Shown in pieces: positions 1 to 10,812 of a stretch of 32,000 nt of DNA. The stretch comes from Xylella taiwanensis (GTDB lineage Bacteria; Pseudomonadota; Gammaproteobacteria; Xanthomonadales; Xanthomonadaceae), in NCBI RefSeq assembly GCF_013177435.1, contig NZ_CP053627.1:1890001-1922000 (forward strand). The letters are read 5' to 3'. The position numbers and the translations under genes are program-made. The notes under the pieces are model-generated. The model was not told the origin of the DNA, ran no database searches, and saw nothing but the letters and a program-made list of their open reading frames with translations. The stretch's first letter is position 1; each line of letters begins with the position of its first letter.

Positions 1-1
1 C

Positions 2-727
2 GGAAAATCCACCCTGGGCAACATCCTCGCTGGCCGCGACGGCTACGACGTCACCGCCGGTCACGTCACCTTCGACAATCGCGCCCTGCTCACCCTCGAA
101 CCAGAAGAACGCGCCGCTGCTGGTCTGTTCCTGGCATTTCAATACCCAGTAGAAATTCCTGGAGTGAACAACACCTATTTCCTGCGCTCCGCACTCAACG
201 CACAACGTAAAGCACGCGGCGAAGAAGAACTGGACTCAATACAGTTTCTCAAACGTGTCCGAGAAAAACTGGCTGTATTGCACCTGAAAGACGAACTGTT
301 GCACCGGGGCCTCAACGAAGGGTTTTCCGGCGGCGAGAAAAAACGCAATGAAATCTTCCAACTCGCCGTACTCGAACCCAAACTGGCCATCCTGGATGAG
401 ACCGACTCGGGCCTAGACATCGACGCACTGAAAACCGTCGCCGATGGCGTCAACGCGCTGCGCTCTCCGGAACGCTCATTCCTAGTGATCACGCACTACC
501 AACGCCTGCTCGACTACATCAAGCCGGACGTGGTGCATGTGCTTGCCGAAGGACGCATCGTACAAACCGGCGGCCCTGAACTGGCACTGGAGTTAGAGCG
601 GCATGGCTACACCTGGTTAAAAGATCGCGTCATGCCAACCAGCGCAACACTGCCTCTGGTACCCCATGATCCGCAAACCAACACAGCCACACCGACGGTC
701 CCAGCACCCCGGGAAGGTGTTCGATGA
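2..727 (+). CDS. sufC: Fe-S cluster assembly ATPase SufC (5' end outside window)
   Basis: The frame is open from the window edge (GKSTLGNILAGRDGYDVTAG...). It has the ABC signature LNEGFSGGEKKR, Walker B LAILDETDSGLD and H-loop VITHY. Stop TGA 725-727 overlaps the sufD ATG (ATGA). The track ORF 164..727 is only the part after an internal GTG. Confidence 0.9.
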   Translation, partial: GKSTLGNILAGRDGYDVTAGHVTFDNRALLTLEPEERAAAGLFLAFQYPVEIPGVNNTYFLRSALNAQRKARGEEELDSIQFLKRVREKLAVLHLKDELLHRGLNEGFSGGEKKRNEIFQLAVLEPKLAILDETDSGLDIDALKTVADGVNALRSPERSFLVITHYQRLLDYIKPDVVHVLAEGRIVQTGGPELALELERHGYTWLKDRVMPTSATLPLVPHDPQTNTATPTVPAPREGVR

Positions 728-1992
728 GCACCCTGCTGGACTCACTGGCTTCCGCCTTCCACAACGACAGCCACAGCACCCGCCGTCAAGCACTCGACGA
801 CGCACGTCGCGACGGTCTGCCCGACCTACACAGCGAAACTTGGAAATACACATCACTACTTGCACTGGAGCGCCGCCACTTTGCCCCAGCACCCGCTACC
901 GCAGCAGCGATTGACACCACATGGCTAAACACCATCCCGACACCACGGCTGGTCTTCGTCAACGGCCGCCATAGTCCCATCCTGTCCAATCTATCCGGCC
1001 TGCCACAGGGAATCACGATACAACCGCTGTCAGTCACCCTGGCTGATGAGGACGCGAGACTGCGCTTCATTGGCGGCCGGTTCAAACACAGGGATGAGAC
1101 ATTTGCCCGGCTCAACACAGCACTCGCCGACGAAGGCATGCTCCTGCGTGTCGATCAAGACATCACCGTCAACACACCCGTACACCTGATCTGCATCACT
1201 CCCGCCGGCGAAACTAACTACGCTTGGCACCTGCGCCATCAGATCGAACTGCACCGTGGTGCTTCCCTGCAACTCGTCGAACACCAACTGCATACCGGCC
1301 ATGCTGCCCATCTCGGCAACGTACTCACCCGCGTGCATCTCGCACCGGGTGCATACCTGGAACATGCCCGTATGCAAAACGACGCCCCCGGCACGACCTC
1401 ACTCCTGCGGACCGACGCCGTACTGGCACACGAGGCCAAATATCGCCGCGTAGACATGGAACTCGGAGCAAGCCTGTCACGCCATGAACTCAACGTACGC
1501 CTGGAAGGCGAGAACGCCCGCCTGATCGCCAACGGCATCCTGTTAGGTAACCTCACACGCCATCTGGATACACGTCTGCACATCGAGCACATCGCCCGCC
1601 ATACTGCATGCGAACTCCTATGGCGCGGCATCGGCACCGACCGCAGCCGTGTGGTATTTCATGGCGGCATCCACATCCATGAAGGTGCTGACGGCGCCGA
1701 TGCCCGTCTGTCAAACAAGAACCTACTGCTATCGGCCAACGCAGAAATCGATACACAACCCGTCTTGGTGATCAACGCAGACGAAGTTCAGGCCGCACAC
1801 GGCGCCACCGTCGGCCAACTCGACCAACAGGCCCTGTTCTACCTACGCACCCGCGGTATTCCTCAAGCCACAGCTCAACAGCTGCTCAGCACAGCGTTCT
1901 GCCACGAACCACTCACCATGTTGGACAGCACCCTGGCCAACATGCTGCTGACACCACTGAATCACGCACTGGACACGACATGGATGGCATGA
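724..1992 (+). CDS. sufD: Fe-S cluster assembly protein SufD
   Basis: 422-aa ORF between sufC and sufS. The C-terminal SufB/SufD-type region reads EIDTQPVLVINADEVQAAHGATVGQLDQQALFYLRTRGI. The start is ATGA-coupled to sufC. Confidence 0.9.
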   Translation: MSTLLDSLASAFHNDSHSTRRQALDDARRDGLPDLHSETWKYTSLLALERRHFAPAPATAAAIDTTWLNTIPTPRLVFVNGRHSPILSNLSGLPQGITIQPLSVTLADEDARLRFIGGRFKHRDETFARLNTALADEGMLLRVDQDITVNTPVHLICITPAGETNYAWHLRHQIELHRGASLQLVEHQLHTGHAAHLGNVLTRVHLAPGAYLEHARMQNDAPGTTSLLRTDAVLAHEAKYRRVDMELGASLSRHELNVRLEGENARLIANGILLGNLTRHLDTRLHIEHIARHTACELLWRGIGTDRSRVVFHGGIHIHEGADGADARLSNKNLLLSANAEIDTQPVLVINADEVQAAHGATVGQLDQQALFYLRTRGIPQATAQQLLSTAFCHEPLTMLDSTLANMLLTPLNHALDTTWMA

Positions 1993-3230
1993 ACACTTCG
2001 ACAGTGACTACTTCTCCCCCAGATTGGGGACGCCTGCGTGCTGACTTCCCCCTGCTGCAACGCCAAGTGCACGGGAAGCCGCTGATCTATTTCGACAATG
2101 CAAATACCGCACAAAAACCCCAGGCAGTGATCACAGCAACCGATACGTTCTATCGGCTCCACAACGCCAACGTCAGCCGCGCCGTACACGCACTAGGCAC
2201 CGAAGCCACCGAAGCCTACGAAGCCGCGCGTGCAGCATTGGCACAACTGCTGAACACACCCACTCACGAACTGGTGCTATGCAGCGGTACCACCTTCGCC
2301 ATCAATCTAGTGGCCTATTCGTGGGCGCTGCCGCGATTACGCGCTGGCGACGTGATCCTGATCTCACGGATGGAACACCATGCCAACATCGTCCCCTGGC
2401 AATTGATCGCCGAACGTACCGGTGCACGCATCCGGGTGGCTGACATCCTGCCCAACGGCACCTTGGATCTAGATGCACTGCCTACCCTGATGACACCAGA
2501 CGTCAAACTGCTCGCCATCACACACGTTTCCAACGTACTCGGCACGGTCAACCCCGTGCACGACATCTGCCGCAAGGCACGTCAACGCGGCATTGTCACC
2601 GTGGTCGACGGCTCCCAGGCAGTGCCACACCGGCACGTCGACATCCCGGCCATTGGCTGCGACTTCTACGCGATTACCGGTCACAAGCTGTATGGTCCCA
2701 CCGGGACCGGAGCGCTATGGGCACGCCGCGAGCACCTGCAAGCCATGCCACCATTTCTAGGCGGTGGAGAGATGATTAAAGAAGTCAGTTTTGACGGCAC
2801 CCTTTTTAACACCCCTCCGCATAAATTTGAGGCGGGCACCCCCAACATCGCCGGCTTCATCGGCCTAAGCGCGGCAGTAGATTACCTACGTAGTATCGGG
2901 CTCGATCAAATCGAGACACACGAAACAGAACTGCTGGCACATCTCAACGAGGAACTACAGAACATCGACGGTCTGCGCCTCTTCGGCACCGCCCCAAACA
3001 AAGCCGCCGTGGTGTCTTTCATGATCGAAGGCACACATGCACACGATCTGGCCACCCTGCTTGACCTCGAAGGCGTGGCCGTACGCTCAGGGCAACACTG
3101 CGCACACCCGCTATTAAAGTACTACGGTGTGACCGCAACCTGCCGCGCCTCACTGGCGTTCTACAACACCCACGAAGAAATCGAACGCTTCATCGCCGCC
3201 CTGCTCAAGGTGCGTAAGCGACTGGGCTGA
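1980..3230 (+). CDS. sufS: Cysteine desulfurase SufS (class V aminotransferase)
   Basis: PLP-lysine region ITGHKLYGPTGTGALW and catalytic Cys loop VRSGQHCAHPLL. Suf operon context. An alternative start ATG at 1989 would give an ATGA overlap with the sufD stop (1990-1992). Confidence 0.92.
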   Translation: MDGMNTSTVTTSPPDWGRLRADFPLLQRQVHGKPLIYFDNANTAQKPQAVITATDTFYRLHNANVSRAVHALGTEATEAYEAARAALAQLLNTPTHELVLCSGTTFAINLVAYSWALPRLRAGDVILISRMEHHANIVPWQLIAERTGARIRVADILPNGTLDLDALPTLMTPDVKLLAITHVSNVLGTVNPVHDICRKARQRGIVTVVDGSQAVPHRHVDIPAIGCDFYAITGHKLYGPTGTGALWARREHLQAMPPFLGGGEMIKEVSFDGTLFNTPPHKFEAGTPNIAGFIGLSAAVDYLRSIGLDQIETHETELLAHLNEELQNIDGLRLFGTAPNKAAVVSFMIEGTHAHDLATLLDLEGVAVRSGQHCAHPLLKYYGVTATCRASLAFYNTHEEIERFIAALLKVRKRLG

Positions 3231-3545
3231 ACCCGCACTCCAGTGAAAAACACGTACACCTGCTGCGTCATGCCAACACGGGGAAAAGACACGTGGGCAC
3301 CGCCTCATGGCACCACCGCAATCACACTGCAGCTCTGCCAAGAACCACCCCCCCATTGAACACAACACTGATGCGTATCCCCATGATCAGCCCCAGCAGA
3401 TACATCGATCACGGTCTATCAGCACCGCAATCACTTCCATATTGGCAGCCGCACATCCAACCCTTACGCTTCACAAGCACTTCAACATGACACGGCACTG
3501 CAACCCTTATATGAATGCCGTGGAAAAATCTATTGGAAACCACAC

Positions 3546-3875
3546 ATGAGCGAAACTTGGACTTTCGTATGCCCTAGCGCCGAACTGCTGCCCGGCGAGA
3601 TGAAAACCGTCTGTGACGACATCACCGGCACCCCTATCGTCGTGTTCAACCTTGATGGCGAACTCTACGCACTGGGAGACCGCTGCAGCCACGAAGATTA
3701 CCCCCTGTCGTCTGGCTACTTTGACCCAACCACCGGCAGCATTGAGTGCCCACTGCACAGCGCGTGCTTCGACGTGCGGAACGGCCACCCACTGTGCGCT
3801 CCAGCCTACACCCCAGTACTTCAGTTCCCAGTCAAACACGAACAGGCCACTATCTGGACCCGCGACAACCGCTGA
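3546..3875 (+). CDS. Rieske [2Fe-2S] ferredoxin-type protein (non-haem iron oxygenase ferredoxin subunit family)
   Basis: 109 aa with the CxH...CxxH Rieske ligand pattern (CSHEDYPLSSG...CPLHSACF). It lies downstream of the suf genes after a 315-nt spacer. Confidence 0.85.
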   Translation: MSETWTFVCPSAELLPGEMKTVCDDITGTPIVVFNLDGELYALGDRCSHEDYPLSSGYFDPTTGSIECPLHSACFDVRNGHPLCAPAYTPVLQFPVKHEQATIWTRDNR

Positions 3876-4742
3876 TCCGGGATACACCGCTCTCCTTCGA
3901 TCACACGGTCTGATAGAGATTACGCACAGCACACTCAAGCTCAGTCACCCGCTACTGAAAAAGCATCATGCGCAGCAAATCGCACCCAAACAGGCCTCCC
4001 AACGTCTCCACAGTCCGAAAACAAAGCACTCCTGCCCATTAAGACCAACACCATCCGTGCTGAAACGGCGCTGGCCATATTGTGGACAACCACATCCAGC
4101 CACCGCACAGACACACCGGTCAAGCGCACCGCCGGGCCAAAACATATACACCCACCCAGTGACTCAGCAAGCCTGCCCATCCCGGTGCAGCGTTCCTCAA
4201 CACTCATGTACAACGGCATATCAGACTCGGCATGCAGCGACAATTGCACCCCGCACCCGAACGCAACGGCTGCCCCGTGGTGTCGCAGAGACCGTCCTAG
4301 GATGACAGGAAGATCGTGGATTAAAGACAGGATCAAGGTGCTAAAGCAGAGCTTGTCGGCGGGTCAACGTGCAACAGATCAATATGCAGCGACAGCAACA
4401 TACAACAGCGATGTATCCCGCCTGGGCATGTCATCACTGCATTTCTGGACGTTCTCCAGCTTCAAGTATGTTGGTCAGCATCAATCAACGAGCAAACACA
4501 CACCCCAAAACACAACGAACCTGCCATCACACTGACAAGGATGGATAAAGAAAGAGACCCACTCAGGATAAACTGCAGTAACGGCTCTTCTTCAACGAAC
4601 CCGGCACACTCCCAATTACCATTAGCCCCACACACATGGACGTTCTTCTCTATCTGCTTCAGCGACCACCTGATCCTGATCCCTGCCCTGCTAGAAAAAT
4701 GCTGGCTGCGTCCCCCACTCCACATTCCGTGCCGTCTCTTCG

Positions 4743-5888
4743 ATGACACCACATCCTTTGAAAATCCTGCATACCGAAGCCGCAACCGGCTTCGGAGGCC
4801 AGGAGATTTACATTTATCGTCATATGTTGTCTATGCAGGCATACGGCCACCACATGGCCCTGCTCTGCCAACCCGGCGCCCCTCTATCAGACATGGCGCG
4901 TGCCGCTGGGCTGCCGGTCTACCACATCAACATGGATGGCCTTTGGCGCCTGCTCGCCGGCATACGCAGCGTACAGCAACTGCTACAACGCGAGAGATTC
5001 GATGTGGTGAATACCACCAGCCACGGCGATACATTGATCGCCGCTGCCGGTGCGCGCCTGGCGCGCACGCGTCTGATTGTCCGCTCCCGGCACCTGATGA
5101 GCCCGATCAAATCACAACTCACCTACACACGGCTGCCGCACCGGGTCATCACCGTCAGCCAGCATGTGCGCGATCTGTTGGTCAAACAAGGTATCCAAGA
5201 CACACGCATCGGTGTCGTCCCACCGATCGCCGCGCCTGCGCCGTGGATCGATCATGATCCGGAACAATCTTGGCAACGCCTGCAACAGATCCGGCGTGAG
5301 GTGCGTGCAGCACTTGGATTCAATGACGACGACATCGTTGTAGGCTGCGTAGCAGTATTGCGCGAAGCCAAAGGACACCGTGAATTGCTGGAAGCCATCG
5401 CACCGTTATGCCACGCCAACCCACGCCTGCATCTGGTGATCGCCGGAGACGGTGAGCCAGTGATGCAACATGTGCTGACACGCCGCAAGGCGCTGGCACT
5501 CGAAGCGCAAATCCATTTACTGGGTTATCGGTACGACGCAACGCGGCTGATGAGCGGTTTTGACGTGTTCGCACTGGCCACTCAAAAAGAAGCCGCAGGC
5601 ACCGTGTTTCTGGAAGCTGCCCAAGCCGGGGTCCCCATCATCGCCACGCGCGTTGGCGGAGTACCAGAGATGCTCCAGGAAGGCAGCAATGCCATCCTGG
5701 TGACACCCGGCAACCAAACAGCACTGACAAAGGCGCTGCACACCCTGCTCACCGACAATCAACAGCGCCAATGTATGGGCCGCGCCGGCTGGGAATGGAT
5801 CCGCAACAATCCTGTGTTCAGCACCCAAGGACACGCAAAAACCACCGAATACTACTATCTGCAGTGGTTGCGGGAGCTTGGCAGATGA
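4743..5888 (+). CDS. Glycosyltransferase, GT-B fold family 4 (group 1)
   Basis: 381 aa. N-terminal KILHTEAATGFGGQE. C-terminal glycos_transf_1 region VFALATQKEAAGTVFLEAAQAGVPIIATRVGGVPEML. ATG at 4743. Confidence 0.85.
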   Translation: MTPHPLKILHTEAATGFGGQEIYIYRHMLSMQAYGHHMALLCQPGAPLSDMARAAGLPVYHINMDGLWRLLAGIRSVQQLLQRERFDVVNTTSHGDTLIAAAGARLARTRLIVRSRHLMSPIKSQLTYTRLPHRVITVSQHVRDLLVKQGIQDTRIGVVPPIAAPAPWIDHDPEQSWQRLQQIRREVRAALGFNDDDIVVGCVAVLREAKGHRELLEAIAPLCHANPRLHLVIAGDGEPVMQHVLTRRKALALEAQIHLLGYRYDATRLMSGFDVFALATQKEAAGTVFLEAAQAGVPIIATRVGGVPEMLQEGSNAILVTPGNQTALTKALHTLLTDNQQRQCMGRAGWEWIRNNPVFSTQGHAKTTEYYYLQWLRELGR

Positions 5889-6739
5889 GGTGTGCGACAT
5901 CTGTCCCTGTCCTGATGCACCATCACGTTTCACCAGCAACAGGCATGATCACCGTCTCGCCGGAACATTTTGAGAGTCAGATTGCATGGCTGGCTCGTGA
6001 CGGCTGGACTTCACTCACACTGGAGCAATACGCAGGCTTTCTCGCCGGTCAACCAGTCCCACGTAAATCGATCGTGATGACCTTCGACGACGGCTATTTG
6101 GACAACTGGGTCTACGCGCATCCGATCTTACAGAAATACAACATGCACGCCGTGGTTTTCATTGTCAGTAGCTGGATAAGCGATGGCCCGCCGCGTCCTC
6201 ATGCTGGGCAATCCGGCGCGATACTACCAACGACGCCAGACCACCATGCTTGCGAGACGGCCATCCTGCACGAGGGCCGCGCCGACGCAGTGATGCTGCG
6301 CTGGAGCGAGGTGCAAGCGATGCTCGCCGCAGGCACCTTCGAGGTGCATTGCCATACTCACACGCATACGCGCTGGCTGACACTCACCCTCACGCGCGAA
6401 CAACGCCGCGAAGGTCTCGACCAGGACCTCAGCACCGCACGCGCGGTACTGCAACAGCGCTTGGGCAGGGTCTCGGACACACTGTGCTGGCCATATGGCG
6501 ATTTCGATGCAGACCACATCGAAATCGCACGTGCACATGGCTTTCGCTATCTGCACACCACACACCCATTCGGACGCAACGTCGTAGGTGGTAATCCAGA
6601 ACACATCTACCGCTTCGCGATCCGCAACCGCCCGGCACAGTGGCTACGCAAACGCATCACGCTAAGCTACCACCCGCTCATTGCACCGTTGTTCAATCGC
6701 TTCAAAAGCCATCAAAAAGGCATGCAACCGGGCCCATGA
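5885..6739 (+). CDS. Polysaccharide deacetylase (NodB homology / CE4 family)
   Basis: IVMTFDDGYLDNW (TFDDG motif) and a His-rich HCHTHTH segment. I place the start at ATG 5885, which overlaps the glycosyltransferase stop as ATGA. The longer track ORF from 5771 overlaps the upstream gene. Confidence 0.85.
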   Translation: MRCATSVPVLMHHHVSPATGMITVSPEHFESQIAWLARDGWTSLTLEQYAGFLAGQPVPRKSIVMTFDDGYLDNWVYAHPILQKYNMHAVVFIVSSWISDGPPRPHAGQSGAILPTTPDHHACETAILHEGRADAVMLRWSEVQAMLAAGTFEVHCHTHTHTRWLTLTLTREQRREGLDQDLSTARAVLQQRLGRVSDTLCWPYGDFDADHIEIARAHGFRYLHTTHPFGRNVVGGNPEHIYRFAIRNRPAQWLRKRITLSYHPLIAPLFNRFKSHQKGMQPGP

Positions 6740-6859
6740 GAAACAGTACTCCAGCCATGATCGACAAAGTACGGCTGAAGACAGCACGTGCTTCAGGCGA
6801 CAACACATTCAACAAGAAATAAAACGCGGCGGCCTCGCCTGCTACAACAAACACAGCAA

Positions 6860-8206
6860 TCACGCCGCGTCGCGCACCACCCCAGCAAGCCTGTCAAGCG
6901 TCTGCTGCATCAGTACTGCATCATCGGCTTCGACAGTGATGCGCACCACCGGCTCGGTACCGGAGGGACGCATCAACACACGTCCCCGGCCCTGCACCGC
7001 AGCTTGTGCTTCAATCAATGCTTGACGTACTTCCGGCATCTCGACCGCGGCCCTGGCTGGACCAGCCCAACACACGTTGACCGTCTTCTGCGGCACCTTA
7101 TGCAACCCTAGCAGTGCCTGATTCAGAGTCAGCCCCTCATGACGCAGGACTTCCAACACCTGCAGTGCACTGACGATGCCATCACCCGTGGTCGCGCGAT
7201 CCAGGCATAACAAGTGACCGGATGCTTCACCCCCTAGCACGCCCCCGCTCTCAACCAATGTCTGATGCACATAACGGTCACCCACCTTAGCGCGCATAAA
7301 AGGGATGCCCAGTGTCCCCAACGCCTGCTCCAAACCATAGTTGCTCATCAACGTACCGACCACGGTGCCCTTCAAACGACCACTCGCCCGCCAAGCGCGC
7401 GCCAGCACGTACAACAGGTCGTCACCGTCCACAGGCGTCCCCTGGGTATCCGTCATCAGCACGCGGTCACCGTCACCATCGAAAGCAATGCCCAGATCAG
7501 CCCCTGTGTCACGCACTGTGGCAGCGAGAGTATCGAGATGGGTAGAGCCAACACCGGCATTGATGTTCAAACCATCCGGATTGGCACCGATCGCCACCAC
7601 ATCCGCACCCAGTTCGCGAAACAGCATCGGTGCGATGTGGTAAGTCGCACCGTGCGCACAATCCAGCACCAACTTCAACCCACGCAGCGTGAAACCACGC
7701 GGCACACTTGCCTTGCTGAATTCGATGTAGCGGCCGATGGCATCACGGGTACGCTTGACCTTTCCTAAGCATTCAGAATCAACTGTCAGGAATGGGGCGT
7801 CGATCGCGGCCTCGATCGCAGCCTCGGTCGCATCATCAAGCTTTTCACCACTGGCAGAAAAGAACTTGATGCCATTGTCGTAATGCGGATTGTGGGACGC
7901 ACTGATGACCACACCAGCGTCAGCACGCAGCGTATTAGTCAGGAAGGCAATCGCAGGTGTCGGCATCGGGCCGATCAGCTGCACATCGGCACCAGCGGCG
8001 ACCAAACCCGCCTCAAGCGCGGATTCAAACATATAACCAGAGATACGCGTGTCCTTGCCAATCAACACCATTGGACGAGTATCACGGCCCTGAGCAAGCA
8101 CTCGGCCAAGCGCATTCCCCAGACGCAATACAAAATCGGCTGAAATCAGCCCGTGCCCCACCCGACCGCGGATGCCATCGGTGCCAAAATACCTAAGCAC
8201 TCTCAC
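6860..8206 (-). CDS. glmM: Phosphoglucosamine mutase
   Basis: [10 protein letters not shown]-terminus, phosphoserine loop [10 protein letters not shown], Mg site [10 protein letters not shown], and GGEASGH. The GTG start at 8206 overlaps the accD stop (GTGA). A GTG at 8200 is also possible. Confidence 0.95.
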   Translation of the reverse strand: MRVLRYFGTDGIRGRVGHGLISADFVLRLGNALGRVLAQGRDTRPMVLIGKDTRISGYMFESALEAGLVAAGADVQLIGPMPTPAIAFLTNTLRADAGVVISASHNPHYDNGIKFFSASGEKLDDATEAAIEAAIDAPFLTVDSECLGKVKRTRDAIGRYIEFSKASVPRGFTLRGLKLVLDCAHGATYHIAPMLFRELGADVVAIGANPDGLNINAGVGSTHLDTLAATVRDTGADLGIAFDGDGDRVLMTDTQGTPVDGDDLLYVLARAWRASGRLKGTVVGTLMSNYGLEQALGTLGIPFMRAKVGDRYVHQTLVESGGVLGGEASGHLLCLDRATTGDGIVSALQVLEVLRHEGLTLNQALLGLHKVPQKTVNVCWAGPARAAVEMPEVRQALIEAQAAVQGRGRVLMRPSGTEPVVRITVEADDAVLMQQTLDRLAGVVRDAA

Positions 8207-9099
8207 AGCACCCTCACGTCCTTCGAGGTGCGATCCGGCCTGGGGCGGGACATCAATAACGCCGTGAGATCAACCAAGCGGTCGCGTAATTCACGACGAT
8301 CACAAATCTGGTCGATAGTTCCATGCGCAAGCAGAAATTCTGAGCGCTGGAAGCCTTCAGGCAACTTTTCACGTACCGTCTGTTCGATCACACGAGGACC
8401 GGCAAAGCCAATCAATGCATGCGGCTCGGCAATGTTAATGTCGCCCAGCATGGCGAATGAAGCCGACACTCCTCCAGTCGTCGGATGCGTCAGCACCGAA
8501 ATGTAAGGCAACCTGGCTTCGCGCAAGCGACCTAACACGGCGGACGTTTTAGCCATCTGCATCAGCGAAAAAAGGCCCTCTTGCATGCGCGCACCGCCAC
8601 TGGCGGAAAAGCATACAAACGGACACACGTGCTCGATCGCCACCTCCACAGCACGGGCAAAACGCTCGCCCACTACCGATCCCATCGATCCTCCCATGAA
8701 AGCAAAATCGAATGCGGCAGCCACTAACGGGTTCCCCTTGAGCAGACCACGCATCGCGATCAAGGCATCATATTCGCCACTGCTCTTCTGAGTCGCCTTG
8801 ATGCGCTCTGCATACTTTTTCTGATCTTTAAACTTAAGCACATCAGTCGGGCCCAGGCGCGCGCCAATCTCGGTTGTCGAACATGGGTCAAACAAGGCGG
8901 ATAGGCGCACACGGGCACGGATCGGCATGTGATGGCCACACTTCGGGCATACCTGAAGATATCCTTCCAACTCTGGACGATACAACGCAATGCCACAGCC
9001 GCTGCATTTTTCCCAAAGCCCTTCGGGAACGCCGCGCTTTTTGTTCGCAGTATTTTCGGTACGAATGCCAGAAGGCATCAATTTGCTGAGCCAACTCAT
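8203..9099 (-). CDS. accD: Acetyl-CoA carboxylase carboxyltransferase beta subunit
   Basis: N-terminus [15 protein letters not shown], Zn ribbon [26 protein letters not shown], and carboxyltransferase core [12 protein letters not shown]. The start is taken at the ATG giving MSWLSK (9099) rather than the track start 9117. Confidence 0.93.
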   Translation of the reverse strand: MSWLSKLMPSGIRTENTANKKRGVPEGLWEKCSGCGIALYRPELEGYLQVCPKCGHHMPIRARVRLSALFDPCSTTEIGARLGPTDVLKFKDQKKYAERIKATQKSSGEYDALIAMRGLLKGNPLVAAAFDFAFMGGSMGSVVGERFARAVEVAIEHVCPFVCFSASGGARMQEGLFSLMQMAKTSAVLGRLREARLPYISVLTHPTTGGVSASFAMLGDINIAEPHALIGFAGPRVIEQTVREKLPEGFQRSEFLLAHGTIDQICDRRELRDRLVDLTALLMSRPRPDRTSKDVRVL

Positions 9100-10595
9100 A
9101 CGTGCAGGACAATCCATTCATGGCGGCCACCAGGCCGCAGAAGGGTCACAGTCTAGCTCACCCCCCAGCACGGTGCAGCACGCCTCAGACGTTTGTTGAT
9201 CTATCAAACAGCATCGAGTGAGTTTCACTTAAAGCTGTAAGCTCCTCCACACGTTCGAACACGATACTCACATGCGCGTCAAGGCCTATGACTGAACCCA
9301 CCATGATGATACGCGAGCACCGGATCAATCCCTCCCCACGCTACATACGACACGGTGAATCTGGCCGCAAAAAATATTGAAAATGACCGGGATAAAAATA
9401 GGACAACGGGACAGAAAAAACATATACGTCATCGTTGTTGAATAGCGTTTTTCTTGAAAATAAATGCTCAAGAAATGGTGAAACCATTTCAGTACCAGAA
9501 ATAGCCCATCAGATACTTGAAAATCAACCCGCACACGCTGGGGTATAGCTTCCAGATATCCGAACTCATATCGGCAAGCAATGGATTCATCAGCAAACCA
9601 TCCAAAGATGGCAGCCATGACATCAATCAATACAAAACCGACTCTGTTGTTTCATTGCACATTGCAGTGCTCATGAAATTTAAAATCGATTCCAGCATTG
9701 CGCGGCATGCAACCCTGATGTTGCCGTTGAGAAACGAGCAAGCATCATCCCTATCGAGGGCATCACGGTGTACCTCATGCACTTGATGGCGCATCACGCT
9801 ACGCCAAAACACCATCGTGGAGAAACCACAGAAATGCGCCATGCATTGCTTTTTTTCGGCCATCCATGCCCCACGTGGATGATTTCGAGAATAGTCACTC
9901 AGCCGAATCTGTATCGGGCACCCTGCTTTACCCAATGTTCTGGCATGAGCTCATTCAGCCGATCACTACGTTGCTTAACCCGGGCCATCCACTGAAAGAA
10001 TCAAGCAAGACTGACTCTAAGGTGCCGATCGATCATCCATCCATGACACCGTACGCCTGATGAGACTTCAGTGGGAACACATGGAAATCCTACTTTGCGA
10101 TAGCAGCGATCTTGTCATAGCAAGCACATGCGAGCAGCGGGTGTCCATCAAAACAATGCCGTATGACTACTGCGTCAGTATCTCTCGACGTCGCCAAGGC
10201 GGATCCACACACTACCGAAAAAAGCATTACGAGGCATCAGGCAAAACCGCAATAGTCTTAGCACCAAGCGTCAAATCGCAATTCGCTTAAAACCCGCGAG
10301 AATCATCTTCACTCATCGCTTGGATGCAATACAACAAGTGACCATGCTGTTAGTGTGCGATTACAACGGCACCCGGTGCTCAAACCAAGAATGTAATCAA
10401 GCCATGCTGCGCACCGCTCAAAGCAATACGCGCGACTACCACAGGACAAACAGAAAAAGATCACCCGCAACATCATCGAATGCAATTCACCTGACATCTT
10501 CCATCGTTTAATTAAATGCATGAGAGCCTCTCGTCCGACAATCCAAAGTGCATCCTCGAAAAGGATCACAGCACGATAGATCTGCCCGCCTGCCC

Positions 10596-10697
10596 GTGGC
10601 TGTGGCTGTGGCTGTGGCTGTGGCTGTGGCTGTGGCTGTGGCTGTGGCTGTGGCTGTGGCTGTGGCTGTGGCTGTGGCTGTGGCTGTGGCTGTGGCT
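10596..10697. repeat. Perfect hexanucleotide tandem array (GTGGCT)x17
   Basis: I counted 17 uninterrupted units from 10596 to 10697 (102 nt). The array lies 116 nt downstream of the nagA stop. Confidence 0.97.
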
Positions 10698-10812
10698 CTC
10701 ATGCGCAGAGTACGCAGTGACAGTAGTGAATAGAACACACATCAAACATCGTCCCGCTGGAGTACCGAATGAGCATGGCGCTCGCTCAATGTAAGCATCA
10801 CCACACGCATAC

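Noticed and set aside
4541-5257. Many long alternate-frame or antisense track ORFs inside real genes (e.g. 175..492-, 1239..1637-, 4541..5257+, 7265..7768+, 11197..11718+, 12635..13231+, 13499..14047+, 20809..21204+, 24635..25054+, 30775..31197+)
   Set aside because: Each overlaps a gene with strong family motifs in another frame. Their compositions (Arg/Pro/His/Thr- or Cys/Gly/Val-rich) are what the strand bias predicts for non-coding frames.
6815-6870. Bidirectional terminator between the deacetylase gene and glmM (GGCG-AGGC-CGCC followed by TTTTATTT on the minus strand)
   Set aside because: The stem is only 4 bp and I could not extend it. A 7-nt inverted repeat (CGCGGCG/CGCCGCG) has a ~30-nt loop and one arm inside glmM. 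This is too weak to call.
9325-9935. Abutting small ORFs 9627..9935 and 9325..9630 as a coupled operon
   Set aside because: The downstream 'start' at 9630 is TTG. Neither has recognisable motifs, and both lie in A+T-rich sequence where such ORFs arise by chance. They are kept only as context for the island finding.
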